Shown here piece after piece: positions 27,081 through 40,808 of a stretch of 64,000 nt of DNA. The stretch is from the human T2T-CHM13v2.0 reference genome, Homo sapiens: NCBI RefSeq assembly GCF_009914755.1, contig NC_060937.1. One strand, written 5' to 3'. The translations under genes and the position numbers were made by a program. The notes under the pieces are model-generated. The model did not search any database, was not told the origin of the DNA, and saw nothing but the letters and a program-made list of their open reading frames with translations. The number at the start of each line of letters is the position of its first letter. The stretch's first letter is position 1.

Positions 27081-28880
27081 CTACAAATATATTCATTAAA
27101 GCAGTTCTGACACAAGTTTTGGCCTAAGTTGTATGCTGGCGTATAAAATAAAATCAGGGATATCTGACAATGACTTTGGGAAGCAGAAATGCTATAGAGA
27201 GGAGAAGCCCTTGACCTGCCTACTCTCTCCCCAGCACCAGGCAGGATACCCTATTTTAGGAAGGGAAATCTATCATTTTCTTAAATAATGCTTTCCAATC
27301 TTTAAATACCACTCTGTTTGCATATATTTAAGTAAAGCTGACCTTTTTAAAATCCTTACTGGAAATGATGAATATCGTTAGAAAATTCCATTCTATGAAA
27401 TTCTTGTTCATTTCATGAAATCACGCCTTTGGTCTTGGCCCATTCAAGTTTAAATGAACAAAGCAGAGTAGGAGGGGCTAGAGCCTCCCCGATGGAGAGG
27501 TGCTGAGAGACAGGTTCTGTTGCAGGCACTGAAATAAGCCCAGTCTATCAGACCAAAGGCAACATCCAAGGAGACAACAGCAGACAGCTGGCGGAAGTCT
27601 CACTGACCGCCAAGAGTCAGGGAAGATACCAGTTTTGAGGCCAAGGGAGGACTCAGTGCCTCTCCTCCAGGGACAGGTAGAGATGTCCTCACCCAAAGGC
27701 CACATTCAGCAGACATGGGAGAGGCCCACAGGCTCCATTCTTTAGGCTGGGATTCAGAGGCAGCGGCTAGTGTCAAAGGATGGGAGTTGATCAGAGGAGA
27801 CAAAGTGTTTATTCTCATGTGACTGACCTAATGAACAGGAAGCATGATGCGGAGGCAGACAGGGTTAAAGAGGGGCACTTCGATCTCAAAAATAATATCC
27901 AAAGTAGGGCACAGAGTCAGAATTGACTAATTAACAAGGACACTGCAGATCCCCAGAGTGATGACGCGGAGCTCCGTAAGCCCCACTTCCTCCAGTGCCA
28001 TTCCTTTCTACCAAGGATAACATAGCTCAGAGAATAAGTGTGTAGATAAAAGCATTTAGTGAAAGCCAACGATGTGCCTCTGCTCCAGGCAGTGGGAAAC
28101 CAAAGATAAAAAGACAACTGTCTGCCTCAAGAAGCTCAAATCTAGAAGAACGGGTGAAAAGTACGGATTATATTAAATGTGAGGAGTGCCAGGCTGCAAA
28201 TGGCCACTGCATGCTGTAGCACAGAGAAGGCCACCTAACCTACATGTGGTTATGTCAGGAAAATCTTCTCAACTATATTATTAATAATGTGTTTTATTGA
28301 ATTAAATCCTTGGGGAGTACTACGGCAGTCCCCCATTTTCCCTCCTCTAAAGAGAAAACATTTATTTGTCTTTTTTTATTTTTAAACATTTAAGAAAATC
28401 CTTCCCACCCTTTACTGAATGAACGCCCTCTCAATTCTCTCACAGCATTGCTGAATCAGACAACTGGTGCAGCATGCCACCCACAAGACCAACTGAGCTT
28501 CCAGCTGATGATGGCATCAGAACCCCACACATGAGAAAAGGCACTTGGCAATCTATCAACATGGTAACTATCCGATCTACCAGGTCATTTCCTAGGCAAA
28601 AATTCATGGGAGCTCCAAATCAACATTAATAATAAGTTAACAAATACCTCCTGTTATCAACAAACTGCATGCTTTGCCAAAATGTAGTGCTTCAATGAAT
28701 TAAATGAATGACTTCCTCTTCACAATTCTTTGATGAGACAGGATTTATTGCATCCTTTCTACAGGTGAGAAAACTAAGATTCAGAAAGTTAATTAATTTT
28801 CTTGAGGTTATATAGCTAGAAAGCAGGGAACCAGAAATCAATTTCTGTTCTGTTTGTCTCCCAAGCCTGTGGAAGTCTAA

Positions 28881-29283
<403 letters not shown>

Positions 29284-29749
29284 TGGGTTATGCAAATTCT
29301 CTAACATGATGTAGTATTGGCTATTTTCAAAGCAGTTTGTCATGTCCACTATAACCAGACCTCTATGAAACCTCAAGACTCCCTGCTGACTGGAGTCTTA
29401 GGTCTTACCATGGCAAACAGAGCTGACCCTTCACCATCCAGACCCTGGTGAGCTTTCCAGCCTCCTCTCTGGCCATCGTCCCATCACCTTCCTCTGCATT
29501 CTTCACTCTATGCAGGAGCCAGCCGGGGTCCACATCCATGGTGCTCCCTCTGACCAAAGGCCTTTCCTACTTTTCTGCTTGGTAAATTGACTCACCTATT
29601 CAGGGCCCAAGTCACTCACTTCTAGGAGGCTTTGCCTGCCTCCTCCCCACTCCCCATACCCCTCTCTGTCTCACTCTGCTTTTAGAATGCCAGTAGAGCA
29701 GTACTCACCCACCCTGCATTATTACTTGTCAACCTCTCCCTAAACCCTT

Positions 29750-29892
29750 TCTATCCAAGCCGTGGCCCATGGACCAGCAGCATTGATGTCTCCAGGGAAT
29801 CTTGAGTCGTCTTCAAACCTACAGCATCAGAATCATCATTGTTAATAAGATCCCCACAACTTAATGTGCATTTTGGACTTTGACGAGAACCT
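29750..29892. mobile_element. MER5A-like fossil
   Basis: atggaccagcagcattg...acctacagcatcagaatc...taataagatcccc...gagaacc. Confidence 0.55.
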
Positions 29893-29950
29893 CTCTCAGT
29901 GTCTGAGTTTTGGGAAGAGAGAAGTGGCATTTGGTTTGTTAGTTCTGAAT

Positions 29951-30228
29951 ATTTTTAAGAGATGGGGTCTTGTTCTGTCACCCAGGCTGGAGTGCAGTGG
30001 TGCAATTTTGCAGCCTCAAACTCCTGGGCTCAAGTGATCCTCCTGCCTCAGCCTCCCAAGTAGCTGGAATCATAGGCACAAGCCGCCATGTCTGCTTTGT
30101 TTGTTTGGTAAAAACAGGATCTTGCTATGATGCCCAGGCTGGTCTTGAACTCTTGGCCGTAAGTGATCCTCCCACCTAGGCCTCCCAAAGTGCTGGGGAT
30201 TACAGGTGTGAACCATGGCACCAGGCCA
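29951..30228 (-). mobile_element. AluJ
   Basis: gcagcctcaaactcctgggctcaagtgatcctcctgcctcagcc. Confidence 0.92.
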
Positions 30229-30797
30229 GGAGTGGCATCTTATTTATTCTCAGAACTTACCCCAGGGCCTAACACTGAGTGACTACTCTGTAAATGTTTG
30301 TTGAATCAGAGTGAATATGGGCTTTCACTTGATTCTCACAACAATCCTCTGAGTTAGAAACTATTATCTCTATGTAATAGATGAGAAAACTGAAGCTAGA
30401 GACTTTTTAAAAAATTTCCTAAAACTCATACATAGTCAATAATTAGCAGGATGAGGGCCAAATCTTCTAATTTCAAGTTCTGTATTCTTTTCATTTCTCT
30501 AAACTATTTCCCATGAGTTATAAATAAGAACAAATATTTATGCAATAACTCCTACAATATGCATTTTAGCATAAGAATATTGCCCCAGGCAGGATTAGCA
30601 GCCACTCTGCTTTCATGTTCAGGAAGTGAATGTACCCTTTCATTCCTCTAGGTAGGAATATCTATCCAGCATGAATGGTGCATTGTGTGCAGTACTAAAC
30701 ATGGAGAGGAAAATGAATCGAATCAGCTCCTGCCCTCATGGAGACACCAACAAATAAAGAGTAATCCTCTTCCAGTGTGAGAAGAACCATGTTCTGA

Positions 30798-31205
30798 GTG
30801 TGTGTGTGTGTATATATATACATATATATACATATACATATATACATATATACATATACATATATATACATATATACACATATACACATATACATATATA
30901 CATATATACATATATACATATATACACATATACACATATATACATATATACACATATACACATATACATATATACACATATACATATATACATATATACA
31001 TATATACACATATACACATATATACACATATACATATATACACATACATATACACATACATATATACACATATATACATATATACACATATACATATATA
31101 CACATATATACACACATATATATACACATATATACACACATATACACATATATACACACATATATACACACACACACACACATATATATATATACACACA
31201 CACAC
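30798..31205. repeat. Complex (TA)/(CA)/(TATACA)n microsatellite, ~400 bp
   Basis: Directly visible alternating purine-pyrimidine array. Confidence 0.98.
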
Positions 31206-31575
31206 TACGTGTATAGAATAAAGAGAAAAACATGAGGAACGGCACTTTACCCAACCAATAGCACCTGCTGCAAAACAAAATCTAGTAAGGTAAGACACAG
31301 AAAAAGACCCACCAGAGCGCCATTCAGTTTTCAATGCTTCAAAGATTTACACACTCTTCCTATTATCATTAATGGCTATTATGAACATAATCTGTCCCCA
31401 TGCACCAAGGGGAGAATAAATTCCTCACAGAGGGGAAATAGAGGGTATTCAAAGAAAAAAAATATTTTATGCAGAAAGCTGATGCCTGCTAGTTGATAAT
31501 GAATGCAGTAGGAGTAATAGTAATTTGTTTAAATTCCTCATTAAATGAGTCATAAAGGTCATGGGGCAATACTAG

Positions 31576-31577
<2 letters not shown>

Positions 31578-31624
<47 letters not shown>
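31578..31624. repeat. (CA)~23 microsatellite
   Basis: Perfect dinucleotide run. Confidence 0.98.
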
Positions 31625-31625
<1 letters not shown>

Positions 31626-34600
31626 CATCTCTGAATTATCCAGCAAAGCAACAATGTTAAAAATGTCTTTTTAAAAAAATTAGAGCTAATTAAATTAAAA
31701 ATAAAAATCAGGATTAAACTAAAAATAAAAGGGAGCTGGAATTCCAATAACTTTAAATTATATAGATCATATAAAAGCAGAAAAGTAGAAGAATGGATCA
31801 AACAAGAAAACCCCTCTGTGACAGTCCATGCTGCCCCAAGTCACTAAATCTGCAGATGACAGAAACAAAATAGAGAGATACATCTTGTGCACAGGAAAAA
31901 AGCAAGCATATTCCTAAGTGACTAGAATACATGAGTCTGGTGGGTTGATAAGTGACTTATACAGATCAAATAGGTGTTAGATAATGAGGCAAGGGAGCAA
32001 AAATATTCTTAGAGGGTAAAAGCTCACAAGTCAGCAGTATAGAGGCATTCTCAAGAGCAGAATCATTGCATATTTTAACGCCTTCTTGGCTAATAAGAAT
32101 AAAACAGGCAGGCAAAGTGGAAATATGGGACTCAGAACATAATTTCTACTTCCCTGGGAGCAGCATTTCTTAGGGTGATTGGGAGGTTTTTGCTCCTCAT
32201 CAGATCTTTATTAATCCATTGTCATGTCTCTGTGTTTTATTATTCCTGCCAGGGTAACAGATTCTATTCATGCTTTCAGGTCATAAAGTGTACCAGCTAA
32301 CTCAGGGGACTGAAAACAAAATTAAGAATGAGGTATGGCACGTTCCTTTTCTTCTCAGAGCCTCGGCTTTTTCCCCTGAAAATGAGGCTAATAGACACTA
32401 TCCCCTAGGGCGGTTATGTGAGAGAATAGACACTTGTTGTATATCCCCCAAAGGTGATAAAAATGGTGTAAGTCTCCCCGTATCATGTTGAGCCCATGGT
32501 GAACACTCAGTAAACATGGACTGCTATTATCATTGCACTGGAAGGCTTCCCACCATCGAGAGTCATTAAATCCAGGAGATTGGGAGCTGTTTTCCTCTGG
32601 AGCATTTTATTTTTGTTCAAAAGAAATACAGCACAGATTTGGCCAAATCCGCAGACAAATTGTCAAGGCCAGGAATAAAGTCTGTTTAGTACACTCTGAA
32701 TATAGCACCTAACACACAATTATAAATATAGAGTGCTTAATGGGGAGTATTTGATTTAAAAAATGGTAAAATCTATTGCCAAGATTAAATGAGATGACCT
32801 CTTTGGAGTCCTTCCACTAGAGGCAATAAAGAATAAAAATGAACATTAAATATGTATGTGCTCTCTATCTCAAACCCATCTGGCCTATGATATCAATACT
32901 GGGCCAGAGCAACAAATATGTGCATCTTCATATTTCTAAACTTCAAAAAATGGCCCATGCAGTACAAAACCCAAGAGCATTAAAAATGGCCTTTGACTCT
33001 GCTTGTGATGCACCACCCGTAGCCACCATACCCAGAGGTGAACTGTAGATCAAAAAGAATTACTATGGTGCCAAAGAGACTCCCATAAAATTGCACTACG
33101 CTATTATACCATTTTGGTTGCCTTTGGGAAATATGTAAGTCAAAAGTATCTAACCATGGGTAAATAAAGTCAGTTTGCACTTAAGAAAATAGAAAAGCTG
33201 ATGGAAGAATTAAGTTTGCTTATTTAAGTAGCCTTTTATGTAAAAGGGTTAAGAACACTACTTCCACCTTCTGCCAATGAGCTATGTTCTTCTGAAAATT
33301 GGAGCAGTATACTAACTCTGATGTGACAAAATTTGAAAATGCTAATGGGGCAAGGTTCTGTAAACTCTGTCTCTATACCTTATTATATCTTGCTATTGTA
33401 TAGTGGACATCGTTCAATAAGAAGTAAAGTAAATATAAAGGGCAACAAATCAAAGATTGTATTCTCACAGAGGAGTGGCTCTGGATGAGTGGCAATCCCA
33501 AGGCATAAACATCTCTTCTACATTCCAATGCTCTAAGAATGGAAGACCGATCTCCAAAGATCAAAATGACCATTGTTGTTTAAAAACTACCATTTGCTTA
33601 GAATAAAAAACAAACTGTCCTGAAATAAGCTTGCCATCTATATCATCTTATATCCAGGAGGACAATAAGCCAAGAAAGATAAAACAGAGAAAAAGCAGTT
33701 GAATTAGTTGAATTACAGTATATTTCATCATAGAATGATAGTGTACCCTTAAAAAAAAAAATCCAGTACAGTTCAAAGAGAACATCATTTCTAAACATTA
33801 CAGGCAAAAAGAAAGGTTTTTTAAATTTCATTTTGTGTTCAAGTTTACTGCAAATTACATACGACAATACAGTTCTTAAATAGTACAAAATGAAGCTCCA
33901 ACTTCAATTTTGGTGCTGTGGTTTTTATATTTGTGTAGTTGTTAAAATAAGATGGAATGTTGGCATAACTATCAGACAGCAGAAAACAAGCTGCTGAATG
34001 AGGAGGAAAGAACCAAAGAAACAGTGGAGAAGGGAATTGTAGTTTGAATGGAATTTTGGTGCAAATGGTGGCGATCTGTTGTACAGTCTGCATTAATTGG
34101 GTTATTTCTGAATGAACATTTGATTATTATAACAGAACATTCTATGTATAATCTCGTAAAACTGTAAATTCCTGGCAGAGTCACTTTGAAAGTATGAGGC
34201 TGACAAGCCCTTCTTTTGAAAAACTGAGAACTATTTGCATGAGAATTATCACTCTGAAGCAAGCAAATTCCAGTGCTGTTGACTCACTGCCTCAGCCACC
34301 TACACTGGGGCTCCCAGGCAGAATGGGTTCCAACCCACTGTACGTGGGGATTCCAGGACCCACCAGTTCACGGGAGTCACATGAGAAATAACAACAGGAA
34401 GAAACTTTGCTGCCAAATAAAAAGAGACCAAATCAACAGAAAAACAGTAAGGACATTTTGTTTTATGGTTTAATTGGATTTTTAAATTATTATGCCCTAG
34501 GATCTATCTGAAACATAGACTCAAACAAATGAAGAAAGGACTTTTAGGAACTTGAAAAACCATGTATACTTATTATGGCAAGTATGTGCCTCTCAAGTTC

Positions 34601-34942
34601 AACATGTCAAACACATGATTTTATCCTGTTGGAACAAAAACAGAAAAAGGAGGTAGAAGTCTTCATACAGAACTCTCAGCCCCTCATTAAGAAGTTGGAA
34701 ATTGTATTTAGCTGTACAGAACAGAGGAATACATGACTGCTAATTTTCTAACTCATTCATTTTTGTTAAGTTCTAATAAGGCAACTGGATTTTTCTACTT
34801 GCTAGGCATCAAGCATCATTTTGAAATATTAATAAATCCTTAGAAAGCAGAAACCATGTCTGAATGACTCAGTATACATTGTCCGTTGTGGCATCACTTA
34901 CAAAAGGTTACTGAGATTGACGAAGTAATAAATGATGAGTTC

Positions 34943-35212
34943 AGCTGGGCGCTGTGGCTCTCACCTGTAATCCTAACACTCTGGGAGGCTGAGACAGGTG
35001 GATCACTAGAGCCTAGGAGTTTGAGACGAGCCTAGGCAACACAGGGAGACGCGGTCTCTACAAAAAATTAGCTGGGCATGGTGGCGTGTACCTGTAGTCC
35101 CAGGTACTCAGGAGGCTGAGGTGAGAGGATCACCTGAGCCCAGGAAGTCCAGGCTGCAGTGAGCTGAGATTGCACTACTGCATTCCAACCTGGGCAACAG
35201 AGCAAGACCCTG

Positions 35213-35245
<33 letters not shown>
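34943..35245 (+). mobile_element. AluJ
   Basis: gaggatcacctgagcccaggaagtccaggctgcagtgagc; long A tail. Confidence 0.92.
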
Positions 35246-35249
<4 letters not shown>

Positions 35250-35965
35250 CTTTAAAGGGCATTGTAGGAAAATTGAAAGTGACCTCTACTTGGCGGAACT
35301 CCTCTAAAACCTAGGTTAAACCCCATTTCTACCACTATCTGGCTGTTAATCCTGGACAAATAATAATACTTAATTTCTCTGTGTCTTGATCTCTTCAGCC
35401 TTAAAACCAGGTTTATAATCACACATGCCTCCCAGAATAGTGAGAAAATAATGTTAAAAGCATTTAGCATGGTGCCTTTCACATAGTTAAGCACTGAATA
35501 AATGTTAGCCAGGGTTTTTTTTTTTTTTTCATTTTTGTTTTTGTTTTTTGCTAACATCAAACAACGTTACAATTATTGAAAAGGTTTTAGCATAGCTAGA
35601 GCATTCTCTGTCCCAAACACAGATCAGAAGACTCCAAAGTTCAGGCACAGAATTAAGCAGGAACACATCCTTGTTTCTTATATTCCCACTTAAAAACATT
35701 TTCAAGACAAGAGAATAATATACATTTTCAAAATTTCTTATAAAATCTCAAATTTCAAAAGAATAAAGTGACACAGAAAGCAATCAGTATTTTTTCTGAT
35801 AGCCAATACATTACCAAAATTTTAAATTCTGTATTTTATCTGACTAATAAACTTACTTGCTTCATATTACGAAGACTATAAGCATAGGAAAATAGAAAAT
35901 GAGCACAAAATCAAATCCGTAAGTTGAAATTATCAAGGAAGTTACAAGTAAACAATCTCTCAGAG

Positions 35966-36221
35966 CAAGATCTAACAGACTTTTTCCATAGAGGTCCAAA
36001 TGGTCAACTTTTACGCTTTGTGGGCCACATAAGGTTTTCTTCCTCTTCTTCCTCTTCCTATTTCTCTCCCTTCCTCTCCTCTTCTACCTTTTCCTTCCTC
36101 TCCTCTTCCCTCTCCTCCTTTAACAACTCTTTGAAAACACATAAACCATTCCTAGCTCTGTGGCCAAACAAAAACAGGCTTCAGGCTGGATTTGGCCCTG
36201 GGGCATAGTTTCCTACTCTTT
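35966..36221 (+). mobile_element. MER58B/C-like hAT fossil with internal pyrimidine tract
   Basis: ctttgtgggccacataagg...aaaaacaggc...gctggatttggccc...catagttt. Confidence 0.6.
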
Positions 36222-36229
36222 TTATAGAG

Positions 36230-36454
36230 CAGGGATGGGCAAACTACAGAACACAGGCTAAATGCTGCCCACAGCCTATTTTTGTAAATAAAGTTTTATT
36301 GGAACACAGCCATTCCCATTCATTTACAAAGTGTCTACTGCTGCTTTCCCACCCCAAAGACAGAGTTGAGCAGTTTTAACAGAGACCCTATGGCCCACGA
36401 AGCCAAAAGTATATACCATCTGGCCCTTTACAGAAAAATGTTTGCCAATCTCTG
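36230..36454 (-). mobile_element. MER58A
   Basis: cagggatgggcaaactac...tttttgtaaataaagttttattggaacacagcc...ctggccctttacagaaaaatgtttgccaatctctg; 8-bp flanks ttatagag/ttctagag. Confidence 0.85.
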
Positions 36455-37613
36455 TTCTAGAGTAATGAGAATACTTTGTTACTATCACTCTTCTCTATCT
36501 CTTTCCACTACAGGAAGAACTAGAACAAGTGGTCTTAGTTACTTCATTGGGAGTTATTTTTTCTTGCCAATGTTAAATACCATAGAAACCAAACATCATA
36601 AATTTTATATGTGAAAGTGTTAGGTAGAGAAAACTTCCAGACATCCACCTGTTTCTTTAAATGAGTTGCATGTATTTTCATAGTCTTTGTAACAGCAGAG
36701 AATAGGAAATACTACTTCTTACAAAATGTTGAAAGAGAACAATATAAAGTGGAAATATCCAGAAAAAAAAAACAGAATATGATATAGAATATAAACTTAA
36801 GCAGGAAAAACACCCTTTTGTGGTATATGAATATTGGGTGAGCTTGCATGGTGCCTGAGAGAACACAGTGGCTCATTTTATTCAGGACAATGACCAATTC
36901 TGAAAATATTGCTTCTACCTATCCATTTCAATTTAGTATATAAAAAGGTATAAAGCTATGTAAACAGAGCAAAACACCATATATATCTGCCTATATAAAT
37001 AAAAAAACCTAACCCAAATAAAATCATTTCCAAAAGTCATATTTCTCAATTAGCTTTCTCTCAATTCTGTAAGCAGAATATTCATTCTAGAAATTAAACT
37101 TGGAAAGCACTGTGAAATTGTTTTTATATGTATTTACATTTCACTTTTTCTCTGCATGATGCATAACTCAAAAACTCCTTCCTGCCCATCTCAGAAGCTC
37201 CAGGCTCTGGCTCCTTTCACCCCTACATCCTCTAATGTTCACACTGTCCAGTTTAGGTGGAGGCCAGTGCTACCTCCAGAGATGGACTCTTGCTTTGCTT
37301 TCCAGCAGCAGACCAGAATTTGAGTTGATCATATCCAGTGACCTCAACCCTAGAGTTCAGGATTCGACAAACACAGAGGGATTTCTATTGAACTTTCACC
37401 CACACTCCTCAATCATCCATCCTTCAACCTGAGCAGTTAACCCTTTTCATTGGTGCTTAAAACCATTTCCCATATTGGTTTGCATTACTGCTTGGAAATT
37501 GAAAATCCTAGCAGAATAAGACCCGTGAGGGCAGCGATCATGTCAGCCCTGCTCATCAATGTATCTTTGGCCTTAGCTCAGTTTCTGGCACACAATAGAG
37601 GCTTAGTAAACAC

Positions 37614-37676
37614 GGATGGATGGATGGATGGATGGACGGACGGATGGATGGATGGATGGATGGATGGATTGATGGA
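37614..37676. repeat. (TGGA)n tetranucleotide tail of an L2 3' end
   Basis: Follows cttagctcagtttctggcacacaatagaggcttagtaaa (L2 terminus-like). Confidence 0.9.
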
Positions 37677-37879
37677 CAGATATAAACTGCAAACATCAGA
37701 ATTGTTATTGGTTTCTAAACCATACAGAGCTTATCCGCAAATGTCTTTGCAAACCTATTTGAATAGTTGAAACATAGTGGTTCTGGAGTTCATAAATGTA
37801 AGGGATCTATTAGCAATTAATGATGACAAGGACTTCAGCAAGCATAAATAGGCTAGATAGCCAGGTCTTGGAACCCATC

Positions 37880-38250
37880 AATCTATTGGTCTCATTTTCA
37901 AAAGGAGAAAATGTTAGTTTTTGGAAATACAGGTCAATAATTTTATGTTGAGAACCTGAAAAAATTGCAAATGGTATTATTAACCAGATGTCCTAAAAAA
38001 CTTACTCAAGAAAAAGTAGATTACCAGCAAGCAATACTATATCACCAAGAATAAACGGTGTTAAATTTACCTCAACTTTGGTTTTGACGAGAAAATACTA
38101 CAGGTATAAAGTGTCTTGATTTTTGTAAGATATTTGATGAATTAATATTCTTTATGATCAAAATGGAAAAGTCAAGTTTGGATGACAGGACAGTAAGGTG
38201 TATTCAAACTATTGAAAAATTATCACTAAAGGGTGCTATTAATAAATTAA
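37880..38250 (+). mobile_element. CR1/L3 LINE reverse-transcriptase fossil
   Basis: Degenerate coding for CR1 motifs: cattttcaaaagg (IFKKG), aaatacagg (NYRP), cttgatttttgtaagatatttgat (LDFSKAFD), aaaatggaaaag...ttggatgacaggacagtaaggtgtatt (KMEK..LDDxTVRWI). Confidence 0.65.
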
Positions 38251-38604
38251 TATCTTCACTTTCTTACATATACAGAGTGCCCAACTAGAACTAGCAGAAA
38301 TGAGCAGGAGGCACAAGCTCATTTGGAAAATTATGAAAATGCTAACAATTCGAAACGTTTTAAAATGGATGAAACAACTTTTGGAGTCTTTAAGCACCTG
38401 TTCAAGCACATGGTGACTCTGACTGTCCAGAAGGAATGATTTAGAATGGTGGAAGAAAAGGAAATTCTTACATTCTTTTCACTTCAAAATTCTGAGAGTC
38501 TATGAAATATCTATATACAAGGGAAACAATGGCCTGAGGAAAAGTCATATGGGCAGGTTCTGACTCCAAGTTAGCTTTTCAAGCTTAATCTTTCTTTACT
38601 CTTT

Positions 38605-38919
38605 TTAAATTTATTTTATTGTATTTATTTATTTTTAGAAACAGGGTCTTGCTCTGTCACCCAGGCTGGAGTTCAGTGGCACAACCATAGTCACTGTAAC
38701 CTGGAACTCCTGGATTCAGGCAATCTCTCATCTCAGCCTCCTGAATAGCCAGGACTATAGAAGTGAGCCATCACTTTAAATTTTAAAATCTTTACATCTT
38801 TAGTAGAGACAGGGTCTCACTATGTTGGCCAGGTTGGTCTCAAACTCCTGGGCTCAAGCATCTTCCAGCCTTGCTGTCCCAAAGTGCTGAGATTACAGGC
38901 ATAAGCCACCACGCCTGGC
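38605..38919 (-). mobile_element. AluJ
   Basis: gaaacagggtcttgctctgtcacccaggctgga...gcataagccaccacgcctggc. Confidence 0.92.
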
Positions 38920-39617
38920 TAATTTATGTAATTTTTAAATATCCAGAAGGATTCATTAAAAACATGGCAAGAAAAGAGGATGTGGGAGTAAAATAATAGA
39001 GTAATATATAATAGAATAATAATATAAAATAAAATGATAATCTTATATAATACAATATATAATGTATATATTAGAATGATATATAGAATGATAATCAAAG
39101 AACTAAGTAAGAAGATTGCCATGCAATTACCATTTGCAGCAACAATGATTTAATCATGATTATAGCTCTGGTAGATATAAAATAGTTGTACTTTAAGTAT
39201 TAACACTATCAACGGTCAGTATGGGGCAACAGTGTGTGCATGTGAGTGCGTGTGAGTGAATGTGTGTGTGTGCATGGGCATGCCACGTGTGTGTTTTTCT
39301 CCTAAATATTTAAGGCAAAAGCCTAAAGCAAATGAGGCTATTTCTTGAAGATGAATGTTCAAAGTAAGAAGAACCCTGTAATTTCTTTTACCCATGGATA
39401 ACATTCTTTATCTCCCCATCCAGTCAGATTCAGTAAGCGAGAATCCTTAATTTCCATTAATCTAACCACTACTAGATTGAAAGTGTGAAAAACAACAATA
39501 AACTAACCACTTCATGTAGTTCAGATTTTAGGCAAGCTTATTCTTTTTAGGAAATGCTGAAAGATGCCTCAAACCACAAATCAGGCTTTATTTCAATAAA
39601 TGTTTGTGACCACATAT

Positions 39618-40497
39618 TGATAATGATAGGAGGCAGCCAAATGCCTAGACAGATAGGGCAGGTCCCTGGTGAAACCCCACCTCCAAGCCAAAGACAGTTT
39701 AAAGCCTGAAAGCCAAGCTACAAGTTAAATCCTCCGACCAGATTGAGAACTTGTCTTCCTGTTCGATGCGCTTTCCTCTTATTGATCCCCACCCTTCACC
39801 TATTTTACATATCCCTACCCTTTCCTAATTGGTCTTCTACACCGTCATATCCAACTTTGAGTGGTGTCTTTGCCTCAACCTTTTGCCTATAAAGACCCCA
39901 GACTCAGTCAGTAGAGGAGGAGACGACCTGACTTCAGGGAGGTGACAGCCTGACATCAGGGAAGATGACCTGCCCTTCTCTTCCCCTCTCCAGCTGAGAA
40001 CTGTTTTCATCACTCAATAAAACTACCCACCTTCACCATCCTTCAACTATCTGTGTGACCTCATTCTTCCTGGATGCCGGACAAGAGCTCGGGACCCACT
40101 GATTGCGGGTATCCAGTAAGGCTGTCACACCGGCCCTTTGCCCTTGACGGCGGAGGGCAGCCACCCCACACAACAAGGCAAGAGGCCAACTGAGCTGCTA
40201 ACACACCGCTGTCCGTGGACAGTGGAATTTAAGGAGCACTGTAACATCCTCTCTGGGGCTTTGGGGTCATGGGCACCCTCACAGGGGCGCCACCACATTC
40301 CCCTCAAGGTGACATGCCTGGTCTGGCCACGGGCCCTGCATGGAGCTTGCTTCTGTGTCAGCACCCAGAGTGGCTGGCCGGATCCTACGCTCGCTTGCTC
40401 ATGTGCTGCCTCCTGCAAGGGGTTGAGTGTGACGAGCCAAGTAGAGGGGGCTCCCCTGCCGTGAGTTGGTGAAGGGGCTGAGAAAAATCCTGCATCA
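39618..40497 (+). mobile_element. Solo ERV1-class LTR (MER50-like)
   Basis: TG...CA termini, 4-bp TSD atat at 39614-39617 and 40498-40501, internal TATA-like cctataaa and AATAAA, end aaaaatcctgcatca. Confidence 0.85.
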
Positions 40498-40761
40498 ATA
40501 TGTCCAAGGTTATAAATGTGACAATTAAATCAGGGGCAAAGGACATGAACTGGCCAAGGATACTGTATCACAGGACAAGAATCTCCTAGAATTGTACTTG
40601 TGTCCTACATAAGTAGCAATCAGATAGCAACGTAGTAAGCTTTCATAAAAATAAAGACACCTAATATTGCATACAATCAAATATAAAATAAAGCATTTAA
40701 GATAGAAAAATCTAAAGAGTTAGTCATTTATGGCTCAGAGCCGTGGTAGTATATTTTTTAA

Positions 40762-40765
<4 letters not shown>

Positions 40766-40807
<42 letters not shown>
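40766..40807. repeat. (TG)21 microsatellite
   Basis: Perfect dinucleotide run. Confidence 0.98.

Positions 40808-40808
<1 letters not shown>

Noticed and set aside
30695-31334. Six 138-203 aa ORFs rich in Tyr/Ile/His/Cys/Val
   Set aside because: They are stop-free translations of the TA/CA microsatellite.
32900-34300. Long repeat-free stretch as a possible coding exon or conserved element
   Set aside because: No convincing splice pair or recognisable peptide; conservation cannot be judged from one sequence.
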